A stretch of 20,000 nucleotides of DNA from an uncultured virus (IMG/VR IMGVR_UViG_2814123177_000001) (IMGVR_UViG_2814123177_000001); one strand, 5' to 3'. Shown: positions 1 through 7,867, counted from the stretch's first letter. Notes: generated by a model not told the origin, from the sequence alone. Program-made: numbers and translations.

Positions 1-113
1 CTCGCCGTTGTTTTAACGTGGCTGACTGCTAGGACTTTCGCTTTGCCGTTTTTCACTTCGAGTAAGGCAACTCCGGGCGATGACATGCTAGTGTCAAACG
101 CTAGGACTCTCAC
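1..113 (-). CDS. RuvC-like Holliday junction resolvase (5' part; runs off the window)
   Basis: Not in the ORF track. GTG at 113 overlaps the upstream TGA. Translation MRVLAFDTSMSSPGVALLEVKNGKAKVLAVSHVKTT matches the RNase H-fold RuvC N-terminus (hhhDxS...GhAhh). Typical position after a phage exonuclease. Confidence 0.7.
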   Translation of the reverse strand, partial: MRVLAFDTSMSSPGVALLEVKNGKAKVLAVSHVKTTA

Positions 114-328
114 AACGTTTCGCCCCGAGTTTCTGCGAATAATTTATGCGCTAATTGTACCATCCCTTCTCGGATATCCTTCGGCGATGTAGTATCAAAT
201 ATATCGCGATATTGAATTAAGATTTCCTCTCGCTCTTCATCCGAAAAGCACTCTTCGTAATTAGCTTCATGTATAAGAAAGTCATCTATTGCGCTAATAA
301 TTAATATCTTTTCTTTCAGCGTCATCAA
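110..328 (-). CDS. Hypothetical phage protein (72 aa)
   Basis: ORF with GGGAGG RBS, overlapping both neighbours by 4 nt. Confidence 0.7.
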   Translation of the reverse strand: MMTLKEKILIISAIDDFLIHEANYEECFSDEEREEILIQYRDIFDTTSPKDIREGMVQLAHKLFAETRGETL

Positions 329-1323
329 ACCGCCTCCCCTTTCGCTCGCGTCTCTTTTATAAATTCGTAAGCGTCATAGATTTCTTCTTTATCGCTCTGA
401 CGCATATTTGATCGTAATACTCGTTTCGTATATTCCTTCAATTCCACCATTTCTTCTTCGGAAAGGTCTTTAGCACACGCAGTCTTGAAATTATTGAATG
501 TCCATTTCGTTAAGTCTAGCGCCGGTGGTTGTTTCGTTTTAGCACATTCAAGTATATCAACTAGATAATCGTACAACTCCACGCGATCATCTTCCGTAAA
601 CGAAAGTCCAAACGCTCGAATGTCCGGCGTTTTTGCGAAATCTTCATCGCTGATAAACCAGGACTTCTTCGATGCGTTAACATAGAGAATGATATAATGG
701 TCCACGTTGTACATTTTCGAATATCCGACCGTTTGCTTAACGTGTTTAATGTCCGGCTCTTTAAGCGAAAACTCCGACGTCTTGGCTGCGCTAGTTTGCT
801 TACTCTTTATTTCGAGCCCAATCCGCAATACTTCGCCTGTTTCCGGATCAACATAACGCATGATACCGTCCGGGGTTCCGTAAAGATAAAACTTATGCCC
901 TCGGTGATTCACTTCCGCATTTGTTTTCGCAAAGTCCTCGAACATCGGGCGTCCTTTTGCGTCGCGCTCAAACGTAAATGATGCAGGTTTTCCGGTTAGG
1001 CGCTCGAAGTGTTTCTCGGCGAATAGCAAGTCGCGTTGGATAATGTCGCCGATAGCCGTTCCAATACGTTGCCATCTCGACTGGTATGGACGTCGTGGGA
1101 ATGCGTCTTTTTTAGCGCCTAACGTTTTCATATACAATTCGCGCTTGTCGGAATTCGCAGCAGATGGCGAGAAATAAGGACGCTTCGGCCAAACGTTTTC
1201 CACTTCGGCATACCATCGATGAATCTGTGCGTCGAGTGCATTGTCGTAAACTTCGGGAAGCGAATGCCATGCGTTTAAATAATCCGTAAATTCTTTCGCG
1301 ATACGTTCAATGTTAACCGTCAA
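325..1323 (-). CDS. PD-(D/E)XK (Cas4/RecB-like) phage exonuclease
   Basis: SPSA...RELY, GTAIGD, GTPDG...LEIKS, QTVGY motifs of the Cas4-like PD-(D/E)XK fold; replication operon context. Confidence 0.8.
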   Translation of the reverse strand: MTVNIERIAKEFTDYLNAWHSLPEVYDNALDAQIHRWYAEVENVWPKRPYFSPSAANSDKRELYMKTLGAKKDAFPRRPYQSRWQRIGTAIGDIIQRDLLFAEKHFERLTGKPASFTFERDAKGRPMFEDFAKTNAEVNHRGHKFYLYGTPDGIMRYVDPETGEVLRIGLEIKSKQTSAAKTSEFSLKEPDIKHVKQTVGYSKMYNVDHYIILYVNASKKSWFISDEDFAKTPDIRAFGLSFTEDDRVELYDYLVDILECAKTKQPPALDLTKWTFNNFKTACAKDLSEEEMVELKEYTKRVLRSNMRQSDKEEIYDAYEFIKETRAKGEAV

Positions 1324-1950
1324 TTAATCACGTCCTTTTCTAATCGGTAATAGTAACGCTAATAACTCATCGTTTGGTCCTGCGGTTAATGTGAACGGAC
1401 GGAATGCGCCATAATATCGGAATGTAACTTCCTCTGCACCAGCGTCCTTAAACAACGAAATAGCATCAATAAAATATTGCGTGTTAAATACTATCGGCTC
1501 TCCTTCGCCTTCAACGGTGGAAATCGGCTTATAGTGCGCTTGGGCGATAGGATTGTTTGCGGAAAATAATACGCTCGCCTCGTCGGTTACTTCCGCCTCT
1601 ACATACACGTTTTTCCTATCGTGGATTTGATTGATTTTCAATAACGCTGCAAATGCGTCGCTTGTTTCTTTAACGGATAACTTAACGGTGTATTTCGCAT
1701 CAGAAATATAGGGTAATAATCGCGACACATCCGGGTAGTTACCTTCGATTGTTCCCCCAGTTTTCGGGTCGATAATATCGCCAGCAGTATTTGCGTGTGC
1801 ATTTTTCGCTATATACAAACGGTGCGAATCCGTGACAGCAAGCGATCCATCTTCCGCGTGGTGAACGCCTTTTAATACCGGTCGACTTGCCGGTGCTGCT
1901 TTCGTTACTTTTTCCGCATGCTTCATAAACTTTACGTATGGAATAATCAT
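1324..1950 (-). CDS. DNA polymerase III beta-clamp-like protein, two domains only (208 aa)
   Basis: RPVLKGV, AVTDSHRL, GNYPDVSRLLP, FNTQYFIDAI, RPF, LLLPIR match the central and C-terminal domain motifs of DnaN. Confidence 0.85.
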   Translation of the reverse strand: MIIPYVKFMKHAEKVTKAAPASRPVLKGVHHAEDGSLAVTDSHRLYIAKNAHANTAGDIIDPKTGGTIEGNYPDVSRLLPYISDAKYTVKLSVKETSDAFAALLKINQIHDRKNVYVEAEVTDEASVLFSANNPIAQAHYKPISTVEGEGEPIVFNTQYFIDAISLFKDAGAEEVTFRYYGAFRPFTLTAGPNDELLALLLPIRKGRD

Positions 1951-2163
1951 CTAATCGTCCTCCCCTTCGTCTTCTACTATTCGCCATGTATGAAACGGCT
2001 GTTCCTCCGCTTTCACCGTAATACCTTCCGTCAGCACGAACCGCGCTACGAAAAGCAGTAACGTAATGACTGCCGATTGCACGATCGTCGGCTCGTACGG
2101 AAAGCCCATCGGCACAATAAAATATACAATAAGCATGACGGTCATAAATCCGATTACTTTCAT
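1951..2163 (-). CDS. Small membrane protein (70 aa, 2 predicted TM segments)
   Basis: Two hydrophobic stretches; AAGGAGG RBS; ATGA overlap with the polymerase stop. Confidence 0.7.
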   Translation of the reverse strand: MKVIGFMTVMLIVYFIVPMGFPYEPTIVQSAVITLLLFVARFVLTEGITVKAEEQPFHTWRIVEDEGEDD

Positions 2164-4361
2164 ACGTTCGCCTCCTTCGATTTAAACCATTCGTCAATTG
2201 GTACGCCTTCGCCCCATCTGCGCATTACCTCGATATCGGTTCCGTTAGGCACAACGTCGCCCCATACGTAGGAATTCAGCATAATGTCGCGAATGTCTTG
2301 CGCTTCTTCTTGCGTAAAATCTTCCGGCACTTCGAATATCAATTCGTCATGCACGCTACACCATAACGACCAACCCGGCTTATTTGCGCAATATTCATGC
2401 GCCTTAATCATCGTTACTTTCGTTTGAATTGACGATGACCCTTGTACGCGAGCATTCGTCGCTTGTCGCATCGCTCGGTTTTTCTTGGCGAAGGTAGGAT
2501 CGCCCCAACCTTTCAGTTTCAACTTTGCGTCGGGTAGTCGGCGTTTACGCGCTTCTTTGTCCGCCCATACATAGCCGTTACGCTCGACGAATTTCTTATT
2601 TGCTTCAATCCATGCGTTTAGCTTCGGCATACTTTCGAAAAGGTCCGTTTGAAACTGCACGGCTGCCTTCACATCTACGCCAAGCATTTCTGCCAGCGAA
2701 TATTTACTCATGCCGTATAGTGTCGCTAGCCATACGACTTTCATTTGCTTACGCTCTTTCGTATCGCTTCCGTCAGCGTTCTTGTATACTTCGTCATAAG
2801 GTCGCTTATAGAAGTTCGATGCCATCATTGCGTATGGATCGCGTTCTTCCAGGAATGCGTTAATTAAAACCGGCTCGCCCGACAAGTACCCTACGCAACG
2901 AATTTCCTGCGCTTTAAAGTCGGCGCCCACGAGCACTTTTCCAGGCGACGCAACGAACATCGGCCGTGCTTCCGGCGGTTGATTCTGCACGTTAAATTGA
3001 CCGTCATTCGCTTCCTCTTTGCCGGAACTGAATCGTCCGGTCACCGTTCCCATCGGATTAAACCGCGAGTGCCAGCGCTTTGTGGTCGGATTTTGCTTTA
3101 ACGGTAACGAGTCGATATATGTGCCGCTCAACTTGACGATTTTCTTAAATTCGAGCAAGTCCGCCACGATTTGGTGCTCACCTTTTAACGGTTTCAGCGT
3201 TTTCTTTGCGTCCATATTCGGCAGCTCCTTGCCGATTGCTTTCGATAGTGCTGGTCGCATTTGTTGCGTAGAATTTAAGTTAATCGGTTCGTCGCCGTCG
3301 TGGTATGGCGTTAATTGTTCGACCAAACTCACTTTTAACTCTTCGGCACGATTATTTAATTCCTCACCGTATTGCTTAGCGAAATCTAAGTCGAGCACAT
3401 AGCCGTTTGCTTCTAACGCAACAATTACGTAAAGCAACGGCACTTCCACCGTTTCGTAGTAGTGTAAAATCGTCGGCATCTTCGCCATGTGTGCTCGCTG
3501 AAACTCGTATAACTTCCACGTTAATTCCGTATCCTTTGCCGCATACACTAGCGCAATATCCAACGGAACTTCGCGAAACTGTGCGTTCTTACCGAAAAGC
3601 GTATCGAAAGTATCGGATGCCACTCCGGGGTATTTCGGCGCTAAATCTTTCAGTTTAAACGACTCTTCATTTTCGTTTAGCAAGTGCATCGCCGTCATCG
3701 TATCCCACTTAACGCCAATTAAGTCGGAGCCATGTCGACGAAACATTGCGATATCAAATATTGCGTTGTGTAAAACCTTGCCGATGGACTCGTCGTATAA
3801 CACGTCGTGCAATCCTTCGAGCACATAGTCGCGACTTAACTGATCGCAATTATCGTGTGCAACCGGAATATAAACGTGCTTGCCAGCGCGTGGCAGCGAA
3901 AAGGATATGCCGACTATTACGTCCGTGTAAACGTCGACGCCTGTTGTTTCCGTATCGACTGCAATTATTTGCTCGGCTGTCAATTCGGTTAGTAATTCGC
4001 GGAATTGCCGTTCCGTCGTTATTAATTCGTAATTGCTCGGCGTTTCGTCCACCATCTTGCGCAAGGTTGATTCGCGCTTCGCTTCCGCCAACGTTTTGTG
4101 CAATCGCAAGGCTTCCGCTTTGCTGAAACGTTTGGCAGCCGACGCGGGTTCTCTGCCTATCAGTCCCGCCGTCATTGCCGCCTGTACTTCGATTAGTTTC
4201 GCTTGGTCCGTGTCGCTATTTTTCATCGCAAGGATTCGCGCCCAAGCCTCGTCGACTGTCTCCGTCGCGGCTTTCTTTCGTTGTGCCGCCGCTTGGATTC
4301 TTTCGTTCGCTTGCTGCGCCTCCACTTCGCTAGGTTGCGCCACGTTTAGCCGTAATCTCAA
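2160..4361 (-). CDS. polA: Family A DNA polymerase with 3'-5' exonuclease domain
   Basis: Exo motifs DTETTG, HNAIFD, YAAKD; polymerase motifs TVTGRFSS, ADFKAQEIR, R..MK...ATLYG, VHDEL. TTG start with GGAGGTG RBS. No 5'-3' exonuclease domain. Confidence 0.95.
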   Translation of the reverse strand: MRLRLNVAQPSEVEAQQANERIQAAAQRKKAATETVDEAWARILAMKNSDTDQAKLIEVQAAMTAGLIGREPASAAKRFSKAEALRLHKTLAEAKRESTLRKMVDETPSNYELITTERQFRELLTELTAEQIIAVDTETTGVDVYTDVIVGISFSLPRAGKHVYIPVAHDNCDQLSRDYVLEGLHDVLYDESIGKVLHNAIFDIAMFRRHGSDLIGVKWDTMTAMHLLNENEESFKLKDLAPKYPGVASDTFDTLFGKNAQFREVPLDIALVYAAKDTELTWKLYEFQRAHMAKMPTILHYYETVEVPLLYVIVALEANGYVLDLDFAKQYGEELNNRAEELKVSLVEQLTPYHDGDEPINLNSTQQMRPALSKAIGKELPNMDAKKTLKPLKGEHQIVADLLEFKKIVKLSGTYIDSLPLKQNPTTKRWHSRFNPMGTVTGRFSSGKEEANDGQFNVQNQPPEARPMFVASPGKVLVGADFKAQEIRCVGYLSGEPVLINAFLEERDPYAMMASNFYKRPYDEVYKNADGSDTKERKQMKVVWLATLYGMSKYSLAEMLGVDVKAAVQFQTDLFESMPKLNAWIEANKKFVERNGYVWADKEARKRRLPDAKLKLKGWGDPTFAKKNRAMRQATNARVQGSSSIQTKVTMIKAHEYCANKPGWSLWCSVHDELIFEVPEDFTQEEAQDIRDIMLNSYVWGDVVPNGTDIEVMRRWGEGVPIDEWFKSKEANV

Positions 4362-4552
4362 TCGCCAATCACCTCCGGAATTAACTCGCCTTCGTCACGT
4401 TGCTGCTCAACGTAGCAATGATCGTCGCAATAGTAACGTCCGGTATTAACGCATTTTACGTATTCGATGCTTGCGTACAGGTCACCGTGGCAACATGCGC
4501 ATTTTCCTGCGATAATTGGTTCTGGCGGATTTAGATGTGATTCGAGAATCAT
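4358..4552 (-). CDS. Small Cys-rich putative zinc-finger protein (64 aa)
   Basis: CACC...C...YYCDDHC pattern; GGAGGTG RBS. Confidence 0.7.
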   Translation of the reverse strand: MILESHLNPPEPIIAGKCACCHGDLYASIEYVKCVNTGRYYCDDHCYVEQQRDEGELIPEVIGD

Positions 4553-4558
4553 GCCGTT

Positions 4559-4954
4559 TCACACCTCCGCTATTTTTAAATTTTCGATTCCCGTTTTTAA
4601 ATGCGTCCATTTTGTAGCTAAGTCTTTCGCAGCCACCCAATACTCCGAAATGCCGCGATTGTCAAACAGGTACACGTCGCCATTCAGCACCGCAATGAAC
4701 ATGTCGCAATCATTGGCGTCGTAAGGCTTGCCGTTATTCTTGCGTGCGTTACATACGATTTCGCCGTTTCGGTCGTCACGAACTCTTGCGCTCTTAATTT
4801 GAATCGTGGTCCATTCCGCCGATCCAGGCGCTCGGGCTACGAGGTCGAACGGTTCGGGCGCCACCGGTTCACATACCTCCCATCCGTTCGCTAGTAACGC
4901 CGTTTGCGCAAGGAGTTCCGAATGGCGACCTTTCGTAATAGTTTCATGCGCCAT
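4559..4954 (-). CDS. PD-(D/E)XK endonuclease (I-Ssp6803I/PDDEXK_5-like), free-standing
   Basis: KG..SE.....L...GWEV..P.....FDLV......IQIKSAR...Y...DCD.F pattern of that family; GGAGG RBS. Confidence 0.75.
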   Translation of the reverse strand: MAHETITKGRHSELLAQTALLANGWEVCEPVAPEPFDLVARAPGSAEWTTIQIKSARVRDDRNGEIVCNARKNNGKPYDANDCDMFIAVLNGDVYLFDNRGISEYWVAAKDLATKWTHLKTGIENLKIAEV

Positions 4955-5109
4955 TATTCCGCCTCCAATGCTTCTGCTATGCTATACGCAATAATTAAAA
5001 TCATAGGTATTAACGCATCTACCAGCGTGATTGGTTTGTCTGATACGACGAGTATAACAACGTTAATTGTCCACATTATTGCGATTAATATATTTAAGAT
5101 TCGGTACAC
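4954..5109 (-). CDS. Small membrane protein (51 aa)
   Basis: Not in the ORF track. GGAGGTG RBS, GTG start, MYRILNILIAIMWTINVVILVVSDKPITLVDALIPMILIIAYSIAEALEAE; TAATG coupling to the next gene. Confidence 0.7.
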   Translation of the reverse strand: MYRILNILIAIMWTINVVILVVSDKPITLVDALIPMILIIAYSIAEALEAE

Positions 5110-5125
5110 TCGCAATCACCTCCGT

Positions 5126-5920
5126 TTAAAATACGTCCGTTGGATTTACTTCGCTTGCCTGCGCGCCTGCACCAACCGTTAAGCCGATCAGCGAAATGTC
5201 AAAGCCCGCCGCGACTAAGTTTTCCGTTTGTGTCTTTTCGTCCGCTTCGAACAGTAAGCCTTCGAATAACTTAACGTTAAATTCTTTGCCGACGAACTTT
5301 TCGAAGTTTGCGCGTTCTTTGTCCGTCAAGTCGTCGTCCATATCAAGCACCGGCGTAATCGTAATTTTCGTATCCTGCCTTGCGCCTGTCTTTTCGATTT
5401 CAAACGCAACTTTATCGCGCTTGCCATCGAATTTCACTAGCGCAGCCTTGATGATTTCTTCGAATTGCTTCTTCGTAAAGTCCAGCACGATTTCCTTGCC
5501 GACTTCTAAATCGATGAAGCCAACGGCATACCGGCGCTTCCCGCTGTACTTAAATCCTTCGCTGCTTAACGCTTTGTATTCCGCGCTTTCCTTGATCGCT
5601 TTTACTTCCGCTTCGTCCGTTACGTCTTTAACCATTTCGTAAGCCTTATCGTAGTAATACTTTGACGCTAAGTCCCACGGCGTATGATTCGCTTCGACGA
5701 AGCCTTTTTCGTTGCGGTCTGACGGATTCTTTGCGATAAACGTATTCACTTTCTTAAACACGCCATATCCGTAGTAGCGCATTACGTTTTGCAAACCGGT
5801 TAGTTTTACTTTCAGCGATGTACCGCTCGGTAGTTTTGCGAATTCACCACCGCCAGTTGAACCGCCTCCGCTTGCGTTTGTTTCTTCGATTGCGTCCATT
5901 CCGAATTTGAATTGACTCAT
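5126..5920 (-). CDS. Probable phage single-stranded DNA-binding protein (gp32-like), 264 aa
   Basis: Start moved to ATG 5920 (AAAGGGAG RBS; MSQFKFG...). G-rich linker, FAKL, KRRYAVGFIDL, KTG...DTK patterns, acidic region and terminal DVF; lies in the replisome operon. Confidence 0.65.
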   Translation of the reverse strand: MSQFKFGMDAIEETNASGGGSTGGGEFAKLPSGTSLKVKLTGLQNVMRYYGYGVFKKVNTFIAKNPSDRNEKGFVEANHTPWDLASKYYYDKAYEMVKDVTDEAEVKAIKESAEYKALSSEGFKYSGKRRYAVGFIDLEVGKEIVLDFTKKQFEEIIKAALVKFDGKRDKVAFEIEKTGARQDTKITITPVLDMDDDLTDKERANFEKFVGKEFNVKLFEGLLFEADEKTQTENLVAAGFDISLIGLTVGAGAQASEVNPTDVF

Positions 5921-5947
5921 TAAATCGCTCCCTTTCGTTTTGTTCGT

Positions 5948-6378
5948 CTTTCGACGTAAGTCGAACGCTGGATTGTTCCCGCGCCCGCTGAACCGCCAAA
6001 TTCTACGTAGTAACCTTCGCAATCAGCCCTGCTGTTCTCGGTCGCGGGGAAAATTGCGCCGGTAATTTGACGGTTTAGCCGACGCGGAGTCGACCTCGTA
6101 TATCCACCGCAGACAGTTGCCTAGACCAATCTCCGGAACATATACGATAATTAATTTACGGCGCAGTAATGAACGTGGCGGAATCGAACCGCCGACCTTT
6201 TCCGGATAAGCTTGCTCTACCACTGAGCTAACGTTCCTGCACCGACCGAGCATAGCGTCCTACGCCCGTCGCAAAGCACGAATCTCTACAGCCGAAACCA
6301 AACCGGCAATTAATTGCGGCAGCTTGGCGACCACTTTACCAAACGACTGTCTTCGTACTCTCCGACCGGCGCAGTTTT
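5948..6378 (-). ncRNA. Candidate large structured non-coding RNA containing a tRNA-like domain
   Basis: GC-rich intergenic region with nested complementary segments: 6365-6378/6050-6063 (13 of 14), 6346-6352/6111-6117, 6308-6315/6149-6156, 6237-6244/6159-6166. Also 6243-6250/6037-6044 (crossing), 6043-6051/5976-5983 and the hairpin 5950-5965. Confidence 0.6.
6170..6237 (-). tRNA. tRNA-like element / pseudo-tRNA (anticodon arm degenerate)
   Basis: GAACGT-TA-GCTC AGTGGTA GAGC-...-AGGTC-GGCGG TTCGATT CCGCC-ACGTTC. D arm and T arm are canonical and the acceptor has 6 bp. Only 14 nt (AGCTTATCCGGAAA) lie where the 17-nt anticodon arm should be, and no CCA is encoded. Confidence 0.75.
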
Positions 6379-6577
6379 ACTTTCCGCCAGTTTTTAAACG
6401 CTCCACTATGTCGGCGAACATTTCGTTATCGGTTACCATTACGTATATAGAGATAATAATAAACGCAAGTGTAATGATATTTAATTTTGCTTCGAAAAGG
6501 ATATCTAATATAAATCCGATTAACACTCCGATAGTTACTGCGATTTGAAACGCCTCAGCTAATATTCGAATATTCAT
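6377..6577 (-). CDS. Small membrane protein (66 aa, 2 TM)
   Basis: Two hydrophobic helices; ATGA overlap with the upstream gene. Confidence 0.7.
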   Translation of the reverse strand: MNIRILAEAFQIAVTIGVLIGFILDILFEAKLNIITLAFIIISIYVMVTDNEMFADIVERLKTGGK

Positions 6578-6690
6578 TTGGCACCAACCTTCGCATAACT
6601 GTTTCCGTAAAACGCAACGTATTGTGCTTCGATTTCTTTGCGTCTGCGTTGCGCTTTTAACTTCGCTAAATCGATTACGTTAGTTTTCAT
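6574..6690 (-). CDS. Small basic protein (38 aa)
   Basis: MKTNVIDLAKLKAQRRRKEIEAQYVAFYGNSYAKVGAK; fits the chain of overlapping genes. Confidence 0.55.
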   Translation of the reverse strand: MKTNVIDLAKLKAQRRRKEIEAQYVAFYGNSYAKVGAK

Positions 6691-6766
6691 CGCTGCCAGC
6701 CGCCTTCCATACCGTTGCGATTATTGCGATGAAGTATATTGCGAATAATAATGCAAAAAAGTTCAT
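6680..6766 (-). CDS. Single-TM micropeptide (28 aa)
   Basis: MNFFALLFAIYFIAIIATVWKAAGSDEN; AAAGGCGGTG RBS and ATGA overlap. Confidence 0.5.
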   Translation of the reverse strand: MNFFALLFAIYFIAIIATVWKAAGSDEN

Positions 6767-6939
6767 CCGAGGCGCACCGCCTTTACAACCGGATAGTCGT
6801 GCTCGCCCGTACCTTCGTATAGACGTACCGGATCTTGTGCAATTCGTTGAAATTTTTTCGCTAAATAGGTTTTATCGCCGAATAATCGGGCATATTTATT
6901 AGTAGACGGCTGATATGCCGAATTAGATTTACGTTTCAT
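6763..6939 (-). CDS. Hypothetical protein (58 aa)
   Basis: MKRKSNSAYQPSTNKYARLFGDKTYLAKKFQRIAQDPVRLYEGTGEHDYPVVKAVRLG; GGAGG at 6951-6955. Confidence 0.55.
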   Translation of the reverse strand: MKRKSNSAYQPSTNKYARLFGDKTYLAKKFQRIAQDPVRLYEGTGEHDYPVVKAVRLG

Positions 6940-7092
6940 AGTAATGCGAACCTCCGTTCTCTCTTGCGGAATTTGTCGAAACTTGTTATGATTACACTAT
7001 AGTCAATGGTTACTAAAACTTTGACTTTCGTGTATAATAAAACCGTGGTACGCCACACGACACAGTGCCTAAGTGCCGTGTAGTCCACTAAT

Positions 7093-7692
7093 TTAAAGCG
7101 CAACTAAATAATCGCGGTGTGAACCGTATTGTTTAGAATCGAATTTGCTCGCCAGCTTTTCGAGTTTGCGTATCACCGTTGAATGATGCAGTCCTAAGCT
7201 TTTACCGATTGCCGTCGGTGTAGGTTTCGGATGTTTCAAGAACGTTTTAACTACGCCAATAGTTAATTCGTCCGCGTCTTTCAGCAAGGAGTCGATCAGC
7301 GCCAACTGGTCGGCTTCTTTAATTTCGCTAATTTCTAAGTTTGAGGATTCGTCTTTGATTTCGAATAACTTTCCGTCATCCGATTCTAGTTGGTGTATTT
7401 CGTTCTTCAAGCGATTTCCGTTTTTTAGGTAAACATCGCGTCTTGCTCGCCAAATACTTCGTTTTAACAAATTCGTAAAGTTTCCTCTTCCATCATACAC
7501 TTCGATACACCTTAGTAGAGTATCTTCGTATATTGCTAACGTCTCGTGTTCGTCTGATCGTATCGACTTTGCTACCGAACGAAGCCCTCTCCATTCCGCT
7601 GAAACGATACTATATATCTCGCCAAAGATAATATCGCAATGAGTCTCTTGGTAAGAAATAACTAACTTATTTAATTTTTCGTTTTTATCCAA
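7093..7692 (-). CDS. Phage sigma-70-family (sigma2 + HTH) factor-like protein, 199 aa
   Basis: LLRCIEVYDGRGNFTNLLKRSIWRARRD resembles sigma region 2 (LxxAIxxYDxxxGxFxTY..xxIxxxxxD). C-terminal HTH TPTAIGKSLGLHHSTVIRKL. TTG start with AAAGGGGAG RBS. Confidence 0.75.
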   Translation of the reverse strand: MDKNEKLNKLVISYQETHCDIIFGEIYSIVSAEWRGLRSVAKSIRSDEHETLAIYEDTLLRCIEVYDGRGNFTNLLKRSIWRARRDVYLKNGNRLKNEIHQLESDDGKLFEIKDESSNLEISEIKEADQLALIDSLLKDADELTIGVVKTFLKHPKPTPTAIGKSLGLHHSTVIRKLEKLASKFDSKQYGSHRDYLVAL

Positions 7693-7720
7693 TTTAATAC
7701 TCCCCTTTCATTTACATATA

Positions 7721-7750
7721 ATAATAAGGTTATTAATGAAGTTTCGCGCA
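7721..7750 (-). promoter_or_regulatory. Putative phage-sigma promoter TGCGCG-N16-CTTATTAT upstream of the sigma gene
   Basis: Same architecture as the three units at 18661-18858; preceded by an A-tract. Confidence 0.6.
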
Positions 7751-7849
7751 GCTTTTTTTTAAAAAATTAAATATTTACTTCTTACCGTTATATTACAACA
7801 ATTTCCTTTAATTCCCTTAGTTTGTGACTGATTTTATTTTCTGAAAATA

Positions 7850-7865
7850 GTTCACATAAGTGAAC
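7850..7865. promoter_or_regulatory. Palindromic operator GTTCAC-ATAA-GTGAAC
   Basis: Perfect 6-bp inverted repeat immediately downstream of the aimP terminator; 14/16 identical to 9358-9373. Confidence 0.7.
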
Positions 7866-7867
7866 AT

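Noticed and set aside
325..1323. cas4 as part of a CRISPR-Cas system
   Set aside because: No array or other cas genes; solo Cas4-like nucleases are common in phage replication operons.
6170..6237. Functional tRNA, or tRNA-derived att site
   Set aside because: No valid anticodon arm. It lies mid-operon, over 12 kb from the integrase, with phage genes on both sides.
5921..6253. ORF 6023-6253 and the N-terminal extension of 5126-6022
   Set aside because: No RBS and they overlap the tRNA-like structure. The SSB-like gene has a good RBS at ATG 5920.
5948..6378. Group I or group II intron
   Set aside because: I could not find ordered P/Q/R/S elements or a domain V, and the flanking genes appear complete rather than interrupted. 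A covariance-model search is needed to exclude it fully.
7850..7865. LexA (SOS) box, also at 9358-9373
   Set aside because: The Bacillus box is GAAC-N4-GTTC; these sites are GTTC-N8-GAAC, with opposite half-site order and spacing.
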